A stretch of 64,000 bases of DNA from an uncultured bacterium (GTDB lineage Bacteria > Bacteroidota > Bacteroidia > NS11-12g > UBA9320): NCBI GenBank assembly GCA_963991985.1, contig CAXDRX010000008.1:399-64398 (forward strand). The letters are read 5' to 3'. Made by a program: the position numbers and the translations under genes. Below are positions 20,280 through 29,070 of this stretch, piece by piece. Below the pieces are notes generated by a model. The model was given only the letters and a program-made list of their open reading frames with translations, did not search any database and was not told the DNA's origin. Within the stretch, counting starts at the first letter, position 1; each line of letters begins with the position of its first letter.

Positions 20280-20927
20280 GTGGAAAAACATAAACTTTCC
20301 ATACCGCCCAAAATAGCTAGATTGATTGAAGGTGGAGAAAATTCTACTTTGGATTTTAAACAAACCGTTTCCAATGTTCACAAAATTGCCAAAACCATGT
20401 GTTCCTTTGCCAATACAAAAGGGGGAGTACTCCTCATAGGCGTTAGAGACAATGGTTCTATTGCAGGAATAAAATCAGAAGATGAAATTTACATGCTAGA
20501 CCTGGCCGCACAATTTTATTGTAAACCTGCACTCATTATAGAAATCGACCTTTGGAAAATTGGAAACAAAGAAATTATCGAATGTAAAATACCACTCGGA
20601 AAAGAACAACCCTATTTTGCCCAAAGTGAAGACAAAAAATGGTGGGCCTATGTGCGCGTCAATGACAAAAGTCTTTTGGCGAGTAAAGTGGTTTTGGATG
20701 TAATGAAAAGGAACCATCCCCAAAAAAATACATTCATAAAATATTCCTCCAAAGAAAAAGCACTCCTTGAGTACCTCAAAAAAAATGAACGAATCACCCT
20801 ACAGGAGTATCGTAAGATGTTGAATATTTCGAAACATCGAGCCTCCAAAATATTGGTCAATTTAATATCAACTGGAATAATTCGTAACCATACTACCGAA
20901 AAAACGGAGTTTTATACTTTAGTTTGA
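20280..20927 (+). CDS. AlbA_2 (Schlafen-like) putative DNA-binding domain protein with a C-terminal winged-HTH; putative transcriptional regulator.
   Basis: LDFKQ...FANTKGGVLLIGVRDNGSIAGI is the AlbA_2 core motif. The C-terminus is HTH-like (LQEYRKMLNISKHRASKIL). GTG start. Confidence 0.55.
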   Translation: MEKHKLSIPPKIARLIEGGENSTLDFKQTVSNVHKIAKTMCSFANTKGGVLLIGVRDNGSIAGIKSEDEIYMLDLAAQFYCKPALIIEIDLWKIGNKEIIECKIPLGKEQPYFAQSEDKKWWAYVRVNDKSLLASKVVLDVMKRNHPQKNTFIKYSSKEKALLEYLKKNERITLQEYRKMLNISKHRASKILVNLISTGIIRNHTTEKTEFYTLV

Positions 20928-20931
20928 AGGA

Positions 20932-21639
20932 ATGAAATTTGGTGTAGTTGTTTTTCCTGGCTCCAATTGCGATCAAGACCTTGTAAAGGCCATTGAGCGG
21001 GTGACCCAACAAGAGGTTGTTAAACTTTGGCACAAAGAAACCAACTTACAAGAGGTGGATTTTGTATTCCTACCTGGAGGCTTTTCTTATGGAGATTACC
21101 TTCGCAGTGGCGCCATTGCCAAGCTTTCGCCCATTATGCAATCCGTCATTTCCTTTGCCAAAAAAGGAAATCCAGTAATGGGTATTTGTAATGGATTTCA
21201 AATATTGTGCGAATCTGGACTCCTACCGGGCGCATTGTTGCAAAACGAAAACCAAAAATTTATTTGTGAAAATAGCTTGCTCAAAGTTGAAAACAACGAT
21301 ACGCTACTTACCAAAAATTTGCGCAAAGACAGGAGTTATAAAATTCCTATTGCGCATGGAGAAGGTCGTTTTTTTGCAGAACAAGACACCCTGCAAAGAA
21401 TGGAAGAGAACCAGCAAATTTTGTTTACCTACGTAGACGAAAATATGAAAGTCTGCCAAGAAGCCAACCCAAACGGCTCTTTGAACAATATTGCTGGAAT
21501 CTGCAACAAAGAAAAAAATGTATTTGGCATGATGCCTCACCCAGAAAGAGCAGCTGATTTGGCCCTGAAAAATCAAGATGGAGAAGATTTCTTCTTGAGT
21601 ATTCTAAGGCATTTTGAAGCGGTATGGTGTCACTGTTAA
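20932..21639 (+). CDS. purQ: Phosphoribosylformylglycinamidine synthase, glutamine amidotransferase subunit PurQ.
   Basis: MKFGVVVFPGSNCDQD...ICNGFQIL...MMPHPER, with the class I GATase Cys-His triad. Confidence 0.9.
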   Translation: MKFGVVVFPGSNCDQDLVKAIERVTQQEVVKLWHKETNLQEVDFVFLPGGFSYGDYLRSGAIAKLSPIMQSVISFAKKGNPVMGICNGFQILCESGLLPGALLQNENQKFICENSLLKVENNDTLLTKNLRKDRSYKIPIAHGEGRFFAEQDTLQRMEENQQILFTYVDENMKVCQEANPNGSLNNIAGICNKEKNVFGMMPHPERAADLALKNQDGEDFFLSILRHFEAVWCHC

Positions 21640-21815
21640 AGTGAAGCTTTTTATTCCTCTCCTTCTATTCTTTGTGATCAATTGCAAGGAAGCACAGCTT
21701 GCCAAAAGTTTGCTCTGTTGAGCATCACAAGGACCTTAAAAATAGGTTCCCAAACCAAAGGATGATTCATTTTCTTTTGGGAACAAATTCCATAATCGCA
21801 AGGATCACTCAATAA

Positions 21816-23768
21816 TTGATACCTTTGGGACATCATTTTAATCTTTTGGACTTATCCATTGTCATAGTAAACTACAATGTCAAGTTTTTTTTAGAGCAAT
21901 GCTTATCTTCTCTCAAAAAATCCATGAACCAACTTCAATGTGAAGTTTTTGTTGTAGACAACAATTCAGTGGATGGATCTGTAGCCACAATAAAGAAAAA
22001 ATTTCCTTGGGCAAAGCTGATCGTGAATGAAGAAAACGTCGGTTTTTCAAAAGCCAACAATCAAGCCATACGCCAGAGCAGCGGCAAATACGTTTTGTTG
22101 CTCAATCCCGACACGCTCATCAAAAAAGATACCCTTCAGAAATGCTTCGATTTTATGGAAAAAAATGCACAAACCGGGGCTTTGGGTGTTCGAATGATTG
22201 ATGGAAAAGGACAATTTCTTCCTGAAAGTAAACGAGGACTGCCTACCCCCGAGGTGGCCATCTATAAAATGTTGGGGCTAAATAAAATTTTTCCAAGCTC
22301 AAAAATCTTTGGAAAATACCATTTGGGTTTTTTAGCGGAAGATGAAATTTCAGAAGTAGAAGTATTGGCAGGAGCTTACATGTTTTTGCGGAAGTCTGCC
22401 CTAGAAAAAACCGGCCTTCTTGACGAAGATTTTTTCATGTATGGAGAAGACATTGATCTCTCTTATCGAATGCTATTGAATGGCTACAAAAATGTATATT
22501 TCCCTGAGACCACAATCATTCACTACAAAGGTGAAAGCACAAAAAAACTAAGTGCCAAATACATTCAAATATTTTACGGTGCTATGCTCATTTTCACAAA
22601 AAAGCACTATCAAAACGGCAACAAGAAAATACTCTCCTACTTTTTAAAAGGGGCCATTAACTTAAGGGCATGGGTAGCACATATTCTAAGATTTGGAAAA
22701 AAATATGGCTTACTTTTTCTCGAGTCTTCAGTGATTTTTACCTTGCTTTTGTACATCAAAAATTATTGGGAAGAACACATAAGGTTGGACCAAATGTACC
22801 CCCAAGAACTTGTTCAAATCAACTTTCCTGTTTATACTTTTATTTGGACGGTTTCATTGATTTTAAGCGGTAGCTATGCAGATAAATTTTCCATCAAAAA
22901 TTTATTTCGTGGTCTTTCGGTTGGCACATTAATTATTTTGGCCTTTTATGGTCTTATGCCAGAACAATTGCGTTTTTCGCGCGGTATTATTTTGGCAGGA
23001 AGTCTATCGATTGGGGCTGCGATTTTAGGAATTCGATCCTTGTTGCACTACCGAAAATTTGAACATCTTAATTTCGGTCAAAAACGAAGCACAAGAACAC
23101 TCATCATTGGAAACAAGTCCGAATATCAAAGAATCAAACAAATGGCATCATTGCATGGTGAAAGATATCAAATTTTGGGCTTCGCAAGCCCAGAAAACCC
23201 TTTGCCAGAAAAAGCCATTGGTTCGACCAAAAAAATACGAGAAATCGTAGATTTTTTTGAGATAGAAGAAATCATTTTTAGCGCTCAAACCATTGATTAT
23301 GAATTTATTATTCAAACTATGATGAACTTAGAGACCGGAATTTATTACAAAATTGTTCCCGAAAATAGCTCTTTCATGATTGGCAGCAACAACAGAAATC
23401 AACCAGGGGAATTTTTGGGCAATGAGATAGAACTAAAATTGAATAAAGAATCTGCTCAAAGCAAAAAAAGATTGTTGGATATCTTAATTGCTTTGGGTTT
23501 GCTCTTGTTTGCTCCTGTGCTCTTTTGGTTTGCGAAAAATAAAAAAGACTATCTTAAAAATGCGATGGTTGTCCTGATTGGCAAAAAAACATGGATTGGA
23601 TACTGCAATCCATCGCCACAAAATAGCTTGCCCTCCATCAAAGAAGGAATTTTTACCAACTGTCCAAAAACAAATGAAAATACAAGTTTGACCAAAACAA
23701 TGGACCAGAATTATGCCAAATTCTATAACCCTTGGATGGATTTCAACTTAATCCTTAAAAATTTCTAA
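21816..23768 (+). CDS. Glycosyltransferase family 2 protein with a large C-terminal membrane-spanning extension.
   Basis: LSIVIVNYN...VVDNNSVDGS...LLNPDT (GT2 DxD region), followed by several hydrophobic helices. TTG start. Confidence 0.65.
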   Translation: MIPLGHHFNLLDLSIVIVNYNVKFFLEQCLSSLKKSMNQLQCEVFVVDNNSVDGSVATIKKKFPWAKLIVNEENVGFSKANNQAIRQSSGKYVLLLNPDTLIKKDTLQKCFDFMEKNAQTGALGVRMIDGKGQFLPESKRGLPTPEVAIYKMLGLNKIFPSSKIFGKYHLGFLAEDEISEVEVLAGAYMFLRKSALEKTGLLDEDFFMYGEDIDLSYRMLLNGYKNVYFPETTIIHYKGESTKKLSAKYIQIFYGAMLIFTKKHYQNGNKKILSYFLKGAINLRAWVAHILRFGKKYGLLFLESSVIFTLLLYIKNYWEEHIRLDQMYPQELVQINFPVYTFIWTVSLILSGSYADKFSIKNLFRGLSVGTLIILAFYGLMPEQLRFSRGIILAGSLSIGAAILGIRSLLHYRKFEHLNFGQKRSTRTLIIGNKSEYQRIKQMASLHGERYQILGFASPENPLPEKAIGSTKKIREIVDFFEIEEIIFSAQTIDYEFIIQTMMNLETGIYYKIVPENSSFMIGSNNRNQPGEFLGNEIELKLNKESAQSKKRLLDILIALGLLLFAPVLFWFAKNKKDYLKNAMVVLIGKKTWIGYCNPSPQNSLPSIKEGIFTNCPKTNENTSLTKTMDQNYAKFYNPWMDFNLILKNF

Positions 23769-23809
23769 AGCTTAACTTTAGATTTATCTTTTTTCGCCTT
23801 TTTTGTACG

Positions 23810-25120
23810 ATGCAAAAATTCTTTCTTACCTGCTCCTTGCTGTTGCTTTTTTCCAAAATTTCAAAAAGTCAATTGCAAAATGGACCTATGCCGGGATATG
23901 CTGAAATGAGAGAAGTCGCCATTTGGGTTCAAACCTCGGGTCCTCACGAAGTTTACATAAGGTATGGAAAGAATGGGAATTTTGAAAATCAAACCAAGCG
24001 TGTGAACACATCCGAAAAGAGGGCTTTTTGTGCAACCCTGATTGCCGATAAAGTAGAACCAGGAACAACTTATCAATACCAACTTTTTATTGATGGAAAA
24101 TATTTTCCTCTTGAACAAACTTTACAATTCAAAACACCCCCTCTTTGGCAATACCGCACAGCTCCACCAAATCTAAGGTTTTTGGCAGGAAGTTGCACCT
24201 ATGTGAACGATGAAAAATATGACCGTGAAGGGAAAAAATATGGAGGCAATTATGAAATTTTTGAGACCATGGCAAAGCAAAATGCTGATTTTATGATTTG
24301 GCTTGGCGACAACACTTACTATCGAGACAGTGATTGGAATACATTCACCGGAATGACCTACCGAAATACCCATACACGGGCCATTCCTCAAATACAGAAC
24401 CTACTCTCTAGCACAAACCATTATGCCATTTGGGATGACCATGACTTTGGGCCCAACAATAGCGATCGGAGTTTTTGGAATAAAAAAATGTCGAAAGATG
24501 TATTCGACTTGTTTTGGGCCAATCCTCCACATCAAATTGATGGATGTGAAGGAATTACCAACTATTTTTCCTACGGAGATGTTGATTTCTTTCTGTTGGA
24601 CAATCGTTACAACAGAAGTCCGAATAGCCGAAAATCCGGAGAAAAAACCATTCTGGGTTCTGCCCAAAAAGAATGGCTCAAAGATGTTTTGGCGGGAAGC
24701 AGAGCTTCTTTCAAAATTATAGCAATGGGCGGGCAATTTCTAAACAATGCCGCCAAATACGAAATGTACTCAAATTTTGGATTTCAAAAAGAACGAAAAG
24801 AGATCATTGAGTTTATTCAAAATGAAAACATAAAAAATGTGGTTTTTCTTGATGGAGATCGACATCATTCAGAAATGAGCGTTTTGGAAAAAGAGAATTT
24901 TCCCAGCATTTACGACATTACCGTTTCCCCGCTCACTTCGGGAACGCATGCCGGGGCACCGCATGAAAACAATGTCTTCAGAATTGAAAAATCGCTGATC
25001 AATAAAAGGAATTTCGCTTTGATTGAGCTAAGTGGAAAACCCAAAAACCGAAAAATGGACATCAAAATAATGGACAGCAATCAAGAGATACTCTTTGAGT
25101 ATTCTATAAATCAGCAATAG
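23810..25120 (+). CDS. PhoD-like metallophosphatase (alkaline phosphatase D family), secreted.
   Basis: Signal peptide, and WLGDNTYYRD...AIWDDHDFGPNN calcineurin-like metallophosphoesterase motifs as in PhoD. Confidence 0.7.
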   Translation: MQKFFLTCSLLLLFSKISKSQLQNGPMPGYAEMREVAIWVQTSGPHEVYIRYGKNGNFENQTKRVNTSEKRAFCATLIADKVEPGTTYQYQLFIDGKYFPLEQTLQFKTPPLWQYRTAPPNLRFLAGSCTYVNDEKYDREGKKYGGNYEIFETMAKQNADFMIWLGDNTYYRDSDWNTFTGMTYRNTHTRAIPQIQNLLSSTNHYAIWDDHDFGPNNSDRSFWNKKMSKDVFDLFWANPPHQIDGCEGITNYFSYGDVDFFLLDNRYNRSPNSRKSGEKTILGSAQKEWLKDVLAGSRASFKIIAMGGQFLNNAAKYEMYSNFGFQKERKEIIEFIQNENIKNVVFLDGDRHHSEMSVLEKENFPSIYDITVSPLTSGTHAGAPHENNVFRIEKSLINKRNFALIELSGKPKNRKMDIKIMDSNQEILFEYSINQQ

Positions 25121-25123
25121 CAC

Positions 25124-25189
25124 TTGACCTAGATCATACTTTTTGTTGACCTAAATCATCTTTTCGATTGACCTAAATCATTTTTTACA
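25124..25189 (+). repeat. Three tandem 22-bp direct repeats with a 14-bp core (TTGACCTAaATCAT) at exact 22-bp phasing.
   Basis: Copies at 25124, 25146 and 25168. They read TTGACCTAGATCATACTTTTTG, TTGACCTAAATCATCTTTTCGA and TTGACCTAAATCATTTTTTACA. Confidence 0.85.
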
Positions 25190-25307
25190 ATTTTCCTATT
25201 TTTTCCTTTGCACGGTCCAACATGGATTCCTAATTGGAGTGCGGTTGGCTTTTTTTCATAATACTACGTTAGGGCAATCCTAGCTAGTCTTTCTCTTAAC
25301 CCGGTAA

Positions 25308-25340
25308 GCCCAGCCATCGTGCTGGGTTTACTTTTTTCCA
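25308..25340 (+). terminator. Candidate intrinsic terminator (AGCCCAGC-CATCGT-GCTGGGTT followed by a T-run).
   Basis: An 8-bp stem with one G.U pair, followed by TTTACTTTTTTCC. It lies 190 nt past the nearest plus-strand stop. Confidence 0.4.
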
Positions 25341-25359
25341 CCAATAATGCTTGAGCCGT

Positions 25360-26400
25360 TCAGAATTTTAAGTTTCTAAGGCCAACTATATTTAGGATTT
25401 CAATTTTTCCATAATCTTCCGCAGATATAAGGCCTTTTTGAATCAGCTTTTTCAAAGCCCTCCCGCCCGATTCATTGGCCACACCAACCACTTGCGACAA
25501 TTTGTTTCGAGGCAATAATACAGTCTCTGATTTTGTTTTTTCATAGATTTCAACCAAAACTTCAGCGGTCCGTTTGATTGCTGTATTTCCTAAAATAGAG
25601 AGAAGTTTAACATTTTTTTCCAATAGATTTTCAGCAACCAATCCTAAAAAAAAGCGCATCATGTCTCGATCTTCGTTAAGAATACCAAAAAAGTCTTCCG
25701 AAGGCACAACGAACAACTCCGAATTGTACAAAACTTCAGCCGACTCTTCATGTAAATTTTTGCTCAAAAGAGATGCAAATCCAAAAAAAGTGTCAGGACC
25801 TACAAGCTCTGTAGTAACTTCTCTCCCAAGTGTATTTGATTTGTACAACCGAACAAGTCCTTTTTTTAAATAGAAAAGAGAATGACAAGATTCACTTTCT
25901 CTAAAAACAAACTCCGATTTCATTTTTAACCTTTTGTGGTGATTTGTTTTGAGATTGGTGATGCTATCCATTTTTTGGATTTTTTTCAGCGCATCAAAAC
26001 TATTCATAATTCCATGGGCTGTAGCAACGTTGTCTGAGCGACTAAGTCTGGATTTTATCGTTTCAAGAAGTTGAGAACCTTCAAAAGGTTTGGTAAGATA
26101 ATCATCCGCACCAAGATTCATCCCTTTACGCACATCTTCTGATTCTGACTTGGCAGATAAAAAAACAAAAGGGATACGCGCTGTGCTTGGTTTTTGAGCA
26201 AGAATATTCAACAAACTATACCCGTCTATGTCCGGCATCATAATGTCACAAACAATTAAATCCGGTGTTTCAATTTCTAAAATTTGAAGTGCTTGTCGCC
26301 CTCCGTCAGCAACAGAAACCTCATAGTTGGCAAGCACTAACAATTCGGCAATATTTTCTCGAATATCTTGGTTGTCGTCTACGATTAATATTTTTCTCAT
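25360..26400 (-). CDS. Response regulator: REC receiver domain fused to a cNMP-binding/Crp-FNR-type effector domain and an HTH.
   Basis: N-terminus ILIVDDNQDIRENIAELL...DLIVCDIMMPDIDG is a REC domain. A cNMP-binding-like beta-roll (FYLKKGLVRLYK...FFGFASLL) and a C-terminal Crp-like HTH. ATGA overlap with the upstream kinase gene. Confidence 0.7.
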   Translation of the reverse strand: MRKILIVDDNQDIRENIAELLVLANYEVSVADGGRQALQILEIETPDLIVCDIMMPDIDGYSLLNILAQKPSTARIPFVFLSAKSESEDVRKGMNLGADDYLTKPFEGSQLLETIKSRLSRSDNVATAHGIMNSFDALKKIQKMDSITNLKTNHHKRLKMKSEFVFRESESCHSLFYLKKGLVRLYKSNTLGREVTTELVGPDTFFGFASLLSKNLHEESAEVLYNSELFVVPSEDFFGILNEDRDMMRFFLGLVAENLLEKNVKLLSILGNTAIKRTAEVLVEIYEKTKSETVLLPRNKLSQVVGVANESGGRALKKLIQKGLISAEDYGKIEILNIVGLRNLKF

Positions 26401-27941
26401 ATTTTTTGAAATCTTAGGGTAAGCTTTGATCCTATTTGTGGCTTACTTTCTAAGTTAATTTTGCCTTCCAATAGTTCTACATAATTTTTTACTATGCTCA
26501 ATCCCAATCCTGTTCCCTCTATATTGATGGCCTTTTCTGTTCTAAAAAATTGTTCAAAGACTTGCTCTTGTTCCGCTTCAGACATGCCCATCCCTTGATC
26601 TTCTACAAGTATATGAATTTCATTGCCGACGTAAGCAGATTGAATAAATATTGTGGTATTCTCAGGACTATATTTGATGGCATTCGAAATCAAGTTGTTT
26701 AAAATATTGGTCAATATCCCGGGGTCAGAAATCATCGATTTTGCTTGAAGATTTAAATTGATTTGCTGCCCAATTTTCAGGGTGTTGGCAAAACTTTCTT
26801 TTACTTCTTCTAAAAGATTGATCAAATTTATTTCTACCAAAACAGGCTTGTGTGCTCCTTGATTTATCTCTTCCAAAGAAAGAAATCTTTTGAGTATGTG
26901 GTTTAGATTTTCAACATTCCTGATAATTTTTTGAAAGTGCTTTTCACAGCTTTCTATCTGACCCAATTCTATGTAATTTTTCAAAAGATTGGTCGAAGTT
27001 CTTATTGTCGTTAAGGGTGTCTTAAATTCATGGGAAGCTGTTGCTACAAATCTTGATTTTATTTCATTCAAGCGTTTTTCTTTTTCCAGCATATTGGCCA
27101 TTTTCTCGCTGGTTTTCTTCTCTTCAGTGATATCACTTTCGACAATAAGAAGATTTTTATTGAATTTTAGATTTTGATGCGGATCTATTTGAAAAGGAAC
27201 TGCTAAAATTTCATAAACTTTGTCGTTTTGGTTGGCTTCCAATCGTGTTTCACTTTTGTGGAATGCTTCTTTAAGTTTTTTGTGCACATTGTCTCTGGTG
27301 GCTTTTTGGTCAAACTTATCCAAGTAGCTTGTTCCGATGAGCATTTGACTCTTGAGACCCATTTTGGCCAATTCTTTTCCTTCGGTAAAAAGGTAGATAA
27401 AATCTTCATCGATAATGCTAATGATAAATTTAGGATAATTCTTTGCCATGGTAAGAAGCATTCGAGAGTTTTGCTCCAGTGTTTTGGTTCTTTCTGCAAC
27501 CAAATTTTCCAAGTTGTACAAATAATCTTTTAACTTACCTTCTGCTTTTTTTCGCTCGCTTATGTCATGCACAAAACCTGTAAAATAGGTTGCATTTCCT
27601 ACCTTATGTTCACTTACTGAAAGCCTAAAGTCAAATTCTGAACCACTTTTTTTTAGTCCTTTAAGTTCTCTGCTGGTGCCGATGATTTTTGGAATATTCG
27701 TTTTTCGATAATTTTCAAGGTATTCATTGTGATTTTTATGATGAATACCACCCATAAGCATAGAAATATTTTGACCTAAGGTTTCTTCTTTTTTGTAACC
27801 AAAAAGATCAAGTGCTGCTGGATTGATTTCAATAATATTGCCCCGCTCATCAATTATAATGATCCCATCAATTGCACCCGTAAATGTGGACTCATAGATA
27901 GAATTTGCCATCTTTGGGGCAAGATACTTTATTCTATTCAA
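26397..27941 (-). CDS. Cytoplasmic PAS-domain sensor histidine kinase.
   Basis: H-box ATASHEFKTPLTTI, N-box LISNAIKYSPEN, G-boxes DQGMGMS and GTGLGLSIV, and two PAS-like segments. No transmembrane helices. Confidence 0.8.
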   Translation of the reverse strand: MNRIKYLAPKMANSIYESTFTGAIDGIIIIDERGNIIEINPAALDLFGYKKEETLGQNISMLMGGIHHKNHNEYLENYRKTNIPKIIGTSRELKGLKKSGSEFDFRLSVSEHKVGNATYFTGFVHDISERKKAEGKLKDYLYNLENLVAERTKTLEQNSRMLLTMAKNYPKFIISIIDEDFIYLFTEGKELAKMGLKSQMLIGTSYLDKFDQKATRDNVHKKLKEAFHKSETRLEANQNDKVYEILAVPFQIDPHQNLKFNKNLLIVESDITEEKKTSEKMANMLEKEKRLNEIKSRFVATASHEFKTPLTTIRTSTNLLKNYIELGQIESCEKHFQKIIRNVENLNHILKRFLSLEEINQGAHKPVLVEINLINLLEEVKESFANTLKIGQQINLNLQAKSMISDPGILTNILNNLISNAIKYSPENTTIFIQSAYVGNEIHILVEDQGMGMSEAEQEQVFEQFFRTEKAINIEGTGLGLSIVKNYVELLEGKINLESKPQIGSKLTLRFQKI

Positions 27942-27960
27942 TTACTTTCGTTTCTCAAAA

Positions 27961-28992
27961 ATGAATTATGATCTAGCATATGCTTTCTTAAGCAAGCTAA
28001 GTTCCAAAAAAATTGGGAATGCTTTTAAATTGTATGGAAGCTATTTTTTGTCCAAATGGACAAAAAGGAATTTTCATATGGGTATGCCCATGAGCCTCGC
28101 CATTGAGCCAACAACATCTTGTAATTTGCGATGTCCTCAGTGTCCAAGTGGATTGCGCTCATTTACCAGAGAGACCGGTATGTTGGAAAAAAATGTATAT
28201 GAAAAAGCCATTGATGAGCTGCATCCATATTTAACCCATCTCACCTTTTACTTTCAAGGTGAGCCATACCTAAATCCAAATTTTTTAGCGATGGTCAAAT
28301 ATGCTCATGAAAAAAAAATATTTACCCATACTTCCACAAATGCCCATTTTTTGGATGAAAAAAAATCTCGGGAAACGGTTCAAAGCGGACTCAATCAAAT
28401 TATCATTTCCATAGATGGAATGACGGAAGAAAATTACAAAAAATATAGAATTGGGGGAAGTCTCGAGAAAGTTATTGAAGGAACCAAAAACTTATCGCAA
28501 GCCAAAAATGAGCTAAAGTCCAAAACGCCACATGTTGTATGGCAGTTTATTGCCTTTGAACACAATTTGCACGAAATACCTTTGGCAAAAAAAATGGCAA
28601 AAAAATACGGCGTCAATGAATTAAAAATCAAAAGTGCACAGATATATGATTTTGAAAACGGAAACGACCTAATTCCCAAAAAAGGCAAATGGTCTAGATA
28701 TCAAAAAATAGGCGAACATTATGTAATCAAAAACAAAATGCTCAACCACTGTTGGCGAATGTGGCAATCTGCTGTTATTACCTGGGACGGCAATATGGTT
28801 CCTTGTTGTTTTGATAAAGATGCAAAATATACGATGGGAAACACCTTGCAAACAGAGATAAAAAATATTTGGGAAAACCCACAATATCAGTCTTTTAGGA
28901 ATCTAATCCTAAAGTCGAGAAAAAACATCGACATTTGTAAAAATTGCACAGAAGGCACAAAAATTTGGAGAAATAACCTTGCTGCAGAATAA
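27961..28992 (+). CDS. Radical SAM / SPASM domain protein.
   Basis: CNLRCPQC (the CxxxCxxC radical-SAM cluster motif) and a C-terminal Cys-rich SPASM-like region (CWRMW...VPCCFD...CKNC). The start is ambiguous between 27961 and 28078. Confidence 0.7.
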   Translation: MNYDLAYAFLSKLSSKKIGNAFKLYGSYFLSKWTKRNFHMGMPMSLAIEPTTSCNLRCPQCPSGLRSFTRETGMLEKNVYEKAIDELHPYLTHLTFYFQGEPYLNPNFLAMVKYAHEKKIFTHTSTNAHFLDEKKSRETVQSGLNQIIISIDGMTEENYKKYRIGGSLEKVIEGTKNLSQAKNELKSKTPHVVWQFIAFEHNLHEIPLAKKMAKKYGVNELKIKSAQIYDFENGNDLIPKKGKWSRYQKIGEHYVIKNKMLNHCWRMWQSAVITWDGNMVPCCFDKDAKYTMGNTLQTEIKNIWENPQYQSFRNLILKSRKNIDICKNCTEGTKIWRNNLAAE

Positions 28993-29070
28993 TTTCTTTG
29001 AAGGAAACAATTTTTTAATTTTCAGTTTAAATCTTATTATTGAACTATTGCAACCACATCACCATTAGAT

